Of a stretch of DNA of 64,000 bases, positions 58,577-64,000 are shown one piece after another. Each line of letters starts with the position of its first letter. Within the stretch, counting starts at the first letter, position 1. The translations under genes were made by a program, and so were the position numbers. Source of the stretch: Flavobacterium sp. Lineage in GTDB: Bacteria; Bacteroidota; Bacteroidia; Flavobacteriales; Flavobacteriaceae. Under the pieces are notes generated by a model. It was not told the DNA's origin. It searched no databases and was given only the letters and a program-made list of their open reading frames with translations. The stretch spans positions 6,075-70,074 of the forward strand of contig NZ_JBIKRX010000001.1 of assembly GCF_044348915.1 (NCBI RefSeq), given 5' to 3'.

Positions 58577-59473
58577 ATGAATTGGAACTCTCAAATCAAA
58601 AATTATCAATCGTATCTCCGCATTGAAAGAGGTTTGTCAATAAACACTATCGATAATTATTCTTTCGATATCGAACGATTGTGCCTTTTTTTAGAAGAGA
58701 ATGCCATTGAAGTTTCTCCAATCAAAATCAATGAAGAAATCATTCAGCAGTTTATTTATAGTGTTTCGAAAGAAGTGAATCCTCGTTCGCAAGCTCGAAT
58801 TATTTCGGGATTAAAAAGTTTTTTTAGTTATTTGATTTTCGAAGATTATCGTTCTGACAACCCGATGGAACTCATTGAAACGCCTAAAACAGGCAGAAAA
58901 CTTCCCGATACCTTATCTGTCGAGGAGATTGATAAGTTAATCTCTGCAATCGATTTGAGTTCGAATGAAGGGGAGCGCAATCGAGCCATGTTGGAAACCC
59001 TCTATGGTTGCGGGCTTCGGGTTTCGGAATTGGTTTCTTTGAAAATATCGGATTTGTTTTTTGACGAAGGATTTCTGAAAATCACTGGAAAAGGAAACAA
59101 GCAGCGTTTTGTACCAGTTGGCGATTTGACACAAAAATACATACAGATTTATCGAGATTACAAAAGAGCAGATTTGAATATAAAGAAAGGGCAAGAGGAT
59201 ACTTTGTTCTTGAACAGACGAGGAAGTCAGCTTACCAGAGCGATGGTTTTTACGATTATCAAAGATTTGGCTGTCAAAATTGAATTAAATAAAAGCATCA
59301 GCCCGCATACCTTGCGCCATTCCTTTGCTACCCACCTTTTGGAGAATGGTGCCGATTTGCGTTCGATTCAATTAATGTTAGGTCACGAATCGATTACCAC
59401 TACGGAAATTTATGTGCATTTAGATCGACGATTCTTAACAGAAGTAATGAACAATTTTCATCCGAGAAAATAG
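58577..59473 (+). CDS. xerD: Site-specific tyrosine recombinase XerD-like (probable start MNWNSQ)
   Basis: LYGCGLRVSEL, GKGNKQR, SPHTLRHSFATHLL, LGH, TEIY. Confidence 0.88.
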   Translation: MNWNSQIKNYQSYLRIERGLSINTIDNYSFDIERLCLFLEENAIEVSPIKINEEIIQQFIYSVSKEVNPRSQARIISGLKSFFSYLIFEDYRSDNPMELIETPKTGRKLPDTLSVEEIDKLISAIDLSSNEGERNRAMLETLYGCGLRVSELVSLKISDLFFDEGFLKITGKGNKQRFVPVGDLTQKYIQIYRDYKRADLNIKKGQEDTLFLNRRGSQLTRAMVFTIIKDLAVKIELNKSISPHTLRHSFATHLLENGADLRSIQLMLGHESITTTEIYVHLDRRFLTEVMNNFHPRK

Positions 59474-59595
59474 TGTCCAGTCGCAGTTTTCAGCTTGCAG
59501 ATTTACGGATAACAAAAAAATCGCAGTATGAATCGATAAAATTGATTCATACTGCGACTGTAAACTGTAAACTGAATACTGCTTCCTGCTGACTG

Positions 59596-61158
59596 TTATT
59601 TAGCGATATTCACCGCTCTGGTTTCTCTAATCACGGTTACTTTTACCTGACCAGGATAGGTCATTTCAGTTTGAATTTTTTGTGAAATTTCAAAAGATAA
59701 AGTAGCTGCATTTTCATCGGATACTTTTTCGCTTTCTACAATAACACGAAGTTCTCTACCGGCTTGAATAGCGTAAGCATTTTTCACACCGCCAAATCCG
59801 TAAGCTACTTCTTCTAAGTCTTTCAAACGTTGAATGTAAGAGTCTAAAACTTGTCTTCTTGCTCCTGGTCTTGCTCCTGAAATGGCGTCACAAACCTGAA
59901 TGATTGGAGACAACAATGACTTCATTTCGATTTCGTCGTGGTGCGCTCCAATGGCGTTGCAAACTTCTTCTTTTTCACCGTATTTCTCGGCCCATTGCAT
60001 TCCTAATAAGGCGTGAGGTAAATCGCTTTCTGCATCTGGAACTTTACCAATATCGTGCAATAAACCAGCTCTTTTGGCCAGTTTAACATTCAATCCTAAT
60101 TCGGCTGCCATTATTCCACAAAGTTTTGAAACTTCGCGAGAATGTTGCAGTAGATTTTGTCCGTAAGAAGAACGGTATTTCATTCGACCGACAACTTTGA
60201 TCAATTCAGGATGCAAACCGTGAATGCCTAAATCGATAACCGTACGTTTTCCAACTTCGATAATTTCGTCGTCAATTTGCTTGGTAGTTTTAGCTACTAC
60301 TTCTTCGATACGTGCCGGGTGAATACGTCCGTCAGTTACTAATTTGTGCAATGACAAACGAGCAATTTCTCTACGAACTGGGTCGAAACAAGAAAGAATA
60401 ATCGCTTCTGGAGTATCGTCGACAATGATTTCAACCCCTGTTGCGGCTTCAATTGCTCTAATATTTCTACCTTCACGACCAATAATTCTACCTTTTACAT
60501 CATCAGATTCGATGTTGAAAACAGAAACGCAGTTCTCTACCGCTTCTTCCGTTCCCACCCTTTGAATGGTGTTGATGATGATTTTCTTGGCTTCTTGTTG
60601 CGCTGTTAATTTAGCCTCTTCTATAGTGTCTTGAATATGAGACATTGCTTCGGTTTTGGCTTCAGCTTTTAGTCCTTCTATCAATTGACTTTTAGCTTCT
60701 TCGGTAGATAGTCCAGAAATTACTTCAAGGTGCTGTAGATGGCTTTTGTGTAGTCTGTCAACTTCAGCTTGTTTCTTTTCTAAAGCGTCGATCTTGGAAT
60801 CGTACTCTGATGTTTTCGCTTCAAAATCGTCATTTATTTTTTTTGCTTTTGACAATTCGTTGGAAACTTGAGATTCTTTATCTCTGATTCTTTTTTCAAC
60901 TTCGGCCATTTTTTGGTCGCGAGAAAGAATAACTTGTTCGTGTTCAGATCTTAATTCGATAAATTTTTCTTTTGCTTGAAGAATTTTATCTTTTTTGATG
61001 TTTTCGGCTTCAAGATTAGCGTCTTTCAAAATGGAAGCAGCCTCTTTTTTTGCGTTTTTAATCAAATTAGAAATATTGCTTTTTTCAATGAGTTTGGCCA
61101 AACCAAAACCTCCAGCAATACCCGCAACTCCTAAAATAATTATTGTAATAATGTCCAT
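59596..61158 (-). CDS. rny: Ribonuclease Y
   Basis: N-terminal TM helix and coiled coil, KH domain [15 protein letters not shown] domain LLHDIGK. Confidence 0.96.
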   Translation of the reverse strand: MDIITIIILGVAGIAGGFGLAKLIEKSNISNLIKNAKKEAASILKDANLEAENIKKDKILQAKEKFIELRSEHEQVILSRDQKMAEVEKRIRDKESQVSNELSKAKKINDDFEAKTSEYDSKIDALEKKQAEVDRLHKSHLQHLEVISGLSTEEAKSQLIEGLKAEAKTEAMSHIQDTIEEAKLTAQQEAKKIIINTIQRVGTEEAVENCVSVFNIESDDVKGRIIGREGRNIRAIEAATGVEIIVDDTPEAIILSCFDPVRREIARLSLHKLVTDGRIHPARIEEVVAKTTKQIDDEIIEVGKRTVIDLGIHGLHPELIKVVGRMKYRSSYGQNLLQHSREVSKLCGIMAAELGLNVKLAKRAGLLHDIGKVPDAESDLPHALLGMQWAEKYGEKEEVCNAIGAHHDEIEMKSLLSPIIQVCDAISGARPGARRQVLDSYIQRLKDLEEVAYGFGGVKNAYAIQAGRELRVIVESEKVSDENAATLSFEISQKIQTEMTYPGQVKVTVIRETRAVNIAK

Positions 61159-61185
61159 AGTTGTTAAAATTTATATATAAAAAAA

Positions 61186-61337
61186 CCTACATTAGGTTGC
61201 TTGTATAAACTCGGAAATACAAGTTTTGAGCTAACTCGCTGTTCAAGCTTCCAAACTGAATTGGCTTGCTATAGTAACGATGATTTGCTCATTCTAAATT
61301 GTTAGTGTTGAGTTTACCAAATGTGAACTAATGTAGG
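61186..61337 (-). ncRNA. ssrS: Probable 6S RNA (6S-Flavo type)
   Basis: Closing stem cctacattag/ctaatgtagg spanning about 150 nt; downstream of zapA, a known 6S RNA context. Confidence 0.65.
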
Positions 61338-61367
61338 CAGTGCTTTAGTTTCTGTAAAGAACGTGTT

Positions 61368-61661
61368 TTAATCTAGGAGATATTGATCTAATAGCGCATT
61401 GATTTTTTTAATCCTTTCGATAGTCGCTACACCATCTATGGCATTATCAATTTGTTTTTGTTCAGTTTGTGCGGCAAATTGTAAAGCGCACATCGCTAAT
61501 ACGTCTTGCTTGTCACGAACGGCATAATTTTCTTCAAATTGCTTTATCATCGTATCAATTTTTTTAGAAGCACTTCGAAGTCCTTCTTCTTGAGAGAGTT
61601 CCACAGTTAGTGGATAGACTCTGTCCGCAATCGATATCTTAATTTTAAGCTTTTCGTCCAT
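61368..61661 (-). CDS. zapA: Cell division protein ZapA
   Basis: IKISIADRVYPL, DKQDVLAMCALQ. Confidence 0.9.
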   Translation of the reverse strand: MDEKLKIKISIADRVYPLTVELSQEEGLRSASKKIDTMIKQFEENYAVRDKQDVLAMCALQFAAQTEQKQIDNAIDGVATIERIKKINALLDQYLLD

Positions 61662-61669
61662 GTTTTTTA

Positions 61670-61960
61670 CTAGTCTGATAGCTGCGCTATACAGTAATCA
61701 ATTTCACGAATTAATGAATTTATTTTAAGCTTTGTATCTCTTTTATTCTCTTCACTGCCAAGTAATCCGTTGGCCAATTTTAGTGTTTCATACTGCTTTT
61801 TTAAGGCTTCAATCTCTTGGGCCTGAGTTTGTATGGTCTCTGCAGAATTGGTTAATTCAATTTTCAAATCTTGTGCTTTTTTCTCCAAACTATTTATTTT
61901 TGTAAATAGTTTTTCGATCTTATTTTCAAGAGTATCAATTATTTCTGCAATTACACTCAT
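61670..61960 (-). CDS. Coiled-coil protein upstream of zapA (ZapB-like)
   Basis: Heptad-rich; INSLIREIDYCIAQL. Confidence 0.75.
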   Translation of the reverse strand: MSVIAEIIDTLENKIEKLFTKINSLEKKAQDLKIELTNSAETIQTQAQEIEALKKQYETLKLANGLLGSEENKRDTKLKINSLIREIDYCIAQLSD

Positions 61961-62131
61961 AATGCGTCCTAAGTATTACTTAATCTTACAAAGTTAGTAT
62001 TCCTTTTTATTTTTACAATACTTTATTTGCTTTTTTATGCTAAAAATAATCAATTGTCAGTATAACAGCGGATTAAGCTAGGGGGCGTTTTTATATTATT
62101 TTGTAAACTTGTTTTTTTTATCTTAGCAAAA

Positions 62132-63835
62132 ATGTATTTTATGAGATTGAGTTTGTTTTTCAGCCTAATTTTTATTCCGTTATTCGCCCAAGTTAATTAT
62201 CCAAAGGATTATTTTAGTCCTCCGATGAAAATTCCAATGCAACTGTCTGGGAACTTTGGAGAATTAAGACCCAATCATTTTCACGCTGGATTTGATTTTA
62301 AAACCTTGCAAAAGGAAGGTATCGAAGTTTATGCCGTTGCTGATGGCTACGTGTCTAGGATTAAGATATCCACTTTCGGAAATGGAAAAACCATTTATAT
62401 CACTCATGATAATGGCTATACTTCGGTTTATGGGCATTTGCAGAGGGCAGCTGGTGAAATTGCAGATTTGGTTAAAAAGACGCATTATGAGGAGCAATCT
62501 TTTGAAATTGAAAGGTATTTGAAGCCAGGTGAGTTGGTTGTCAAAAAAGGGCAAGTTATTGGTTTGTCAGGTAATACGGGTGCTTCTGAAGGGCCTCATC
62601 TGCATTTCGAATTTCGCGATAATATTACGGAACATATTATCAATCCAATGTTGTTTGGGTTTGATAAGTTTTTGAAAGATTCCAAAAACCCCGTGATTTT
62701 TAATATTTATGCCTATCCTTTAGACAATGCATCCATAGTGAACCAATCCAAAAGACCTTTGTTGCTTAATCTTTCGCTGCAAAAAGACGGGACCTATTTG
62801 GCGGATAAAGTGGTGGCAAGCGGTAAAATAGGTTTCGGAATAAACACTTTTGATTATGATGATGTTTCTTTCAATAAAAATGGAGTATACAAAGTGCAAT
62901 CTTTTTACAACGGTAATCCCAATTTTGGTTATCAATTCGACACCTATTCGTTTGATGAGATGCGTTATGTGAATGCTTTGATAGACTATTCGATGTATAA
63001 AAAAACGCAGCAACGGGTGCAAAAGTTATTTATGAAAGCTCCATACGGTTTGAGTATAATAAAAACAAATGCTAGCAATGGAGTTGTAAATGTTGTGCCC
63101 AATTTGACTGCTCAATATCGTATTGAAGTTGCTGATTTTTTTGGTAATACGACAATTGTTACGATTCCCATTGTCAATGGTATTTTACCTGCGATTATTG
63201 AGAAAGAGCCTACTTCGAAGTATTTTGTGAAAGCTAAAAATGAATCTAATTTTTCAAAAGATAATATATCCGTTTTCTTTCCTGCTAATACTTTTTATGA
63301 GGACTTTAATTTGAATTTCGACGTCCGAAATGATACTTTGTATCTTCATGATGATTCTGTGCCTGCACATGCTAATTTCACTCTTGAAATTGAAGATCGT
63401 AAATTTTCAGAAGCACAAAGAGAAAAATTGTTTATCGCATCCATTGGTTCAAAAAAGTTGGGATACAATACTACTTTTCGAAAAGGGAATGTTTTTACTA
63501 CTAATGTGAAAACTTTAGGAAAGTATGCTTTAGTGGTAGACGCAGTTCCTCCCAAAATCAGCATTTCAAAACCTATCGAAGGCCTTTGGCTGACGGATAA
63601 AAAATCGATTCAATTCACCATCAGCGATGAATTGTCTGGAATTAAATCTTATAACGGATACCTGAATGGTAAATGGATTTTATTTGAGTATGACAATAAA
63701 ACCAAGAAAATAACACATAATTTTAGTGACGGAATTGTTGCCGAAGGCGCAAATGAATTAAAAATTATAGTTGCAGATAATTTAGGAAATTCTACTATCT
63801 TTGAAACTCGGTTTTTTCGAAGTCAAAAACAATAA
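62132..63835 (+). CDS. M23 family metallopeptidase
   Basis: HFHAGFDFK, YGHL, SGNTG.SEGPHLHFE. Confidence 0.92.
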   Translation: MYFMRLSLFFSLIFIPLFAQVNYPKDYFSPPMKIPMQLSGNFGELRPNHFHAGFDFKTLQKEGIEVYAVADGYVSRIKISTFGNGKTIYITHDNGYTSVYGHLQRAAGEIADLVKKTHYEEQSFEIERYLKPGELVVKKGQVIGLSGNTGASEGPHLHFEFRDNITEHIINPMLFGFDKFLKDSKNPVIFNIYAYPLDNASIVNQSKRPLLLNLSLQKDGTYLADKVVASGKIGFGINTFDYDDVSFNKNGVYKVQSFYNGNPNFGYQFDTYSFDEMRYVNALIDYSMYKKTQQRVQKLFMKAPYGLSIIKTNASNGVVNVVPNLTAQYRIEVADFFGNTTIVTIPIVNGILPAIIEKEPTSKYFVKAKNESNFSKDNISVFFPANTFYEDFNLNFDVRNDTLYLHDDSVPAHANFTLEIEDRKFSEAQREKLFIASIGSKKLGYNTTFRKGNVFTTNVKTLGKYALVVDAVPPKISISKPIEGLWLTDKKSIQFTISDELSGIKSYNGYLNGKWILFEYDNKTKKITHNFSDGIVAEGANELKIIVADNLGNSTIFETRFFRSQKQ

Positions 63836-63846
63836 AATCAATATTC

Positions 63847-64000
63847 TTGGGTCTACATAAAATAATACTCGTTTCCTTATTTTTCTGTTTAGGATTGGTT
63901 GCCTCAGGTCAATCTGCTCGTATTAAAGGAGTTATTCTGGATAACAAAAATAATCCCGTTTCCAATGTAAATGTGACTTGCCAAGGGAAAGGTGCGCAAT
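63847..64000 (+). CDS. 5' start of an exported protein with a CarboxypepD_reg-like domain (probably a TonB-dependent receptor); runs off the window
   Basis: TTG start; LGLHKIILVSLFFCLGLVASGQSARIKGVILDNKNNPVSNVNV. Confidence 0.65.
   Translation, partial: MGLHKIILVSLFFCLGLVASGQSARIKGVILDNKNNPVSNVNVTCQGKGAQ

Noticed and set aside
22700-58577. Upstream-extended starts in the ORF track (27214, 35259, 40929, 42923, 45908, 58517, 18210)
   Set aside because: Downstream ATGs give typical signal peptides or family N-termini; the extensions overlap promoter or terminator sequence.
58577-59473. Third tyrosine recombinase as a possible mobile-element integrase
   Set aside because: Canonical XerD-like motifs, core-gene neighbours, and no att repeats nearby.
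1648-63564. Many 60-175-aa ORFs overlapping or antisense to long genes (for example 3791..4548, 25476..26504, 18428..19881, 62264..63564)
   Set aside because: They lie inside well-supported genes, have no motifs, and are expected from the codon bias of the real strand.

Overview
A 64-kb chromosomal segment of a Flavobacteriia (Flavobacterium-like) genome, judged from gene content and TAnnTTTG promoter elements. The core consists of housekeeping genes: an SDR, both methylmalonyl-CoA mutase subunits, udk, trxB, pabC-like, hup, fmt, recQ, murA, aroQ, xerD, rny, zapA, an M23 peptidase, tRNA-Pro, tRNA-Met(CAT) and a probable 6S RNA. The accessory centre is a tandem pair of islands at the tRNA-Met 3' end, delimited by three att-core copies (22375, 29514, 42275). 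The younger island (about 12.7 kb) has a tyrosine integrase, an Xis-like HTH gene, matching 23-bp arm-type repeats at both ends and a second small tyrosine recombinase. It also carries a 501-aa protein with PolA/T7-RNAP-like palm motifs but no exonuclease or helicase partner, a phage-type zinc-repeat nuclease and a LamG-MORN-zinc-finger protein. The older island (about 7 kb, no integrase) carries a TPR-TM-LuxR regulator, a large T9SS cargo protein and a small PID-CTERM peptide. Two toxin-antitoxin pairs each sit between a host gene and a stranded, synonymously diverged copy of that gene's last 99-120 bp. Two of the three toxins in the window are broken. All product calls come from motif recognition; no searches were run.
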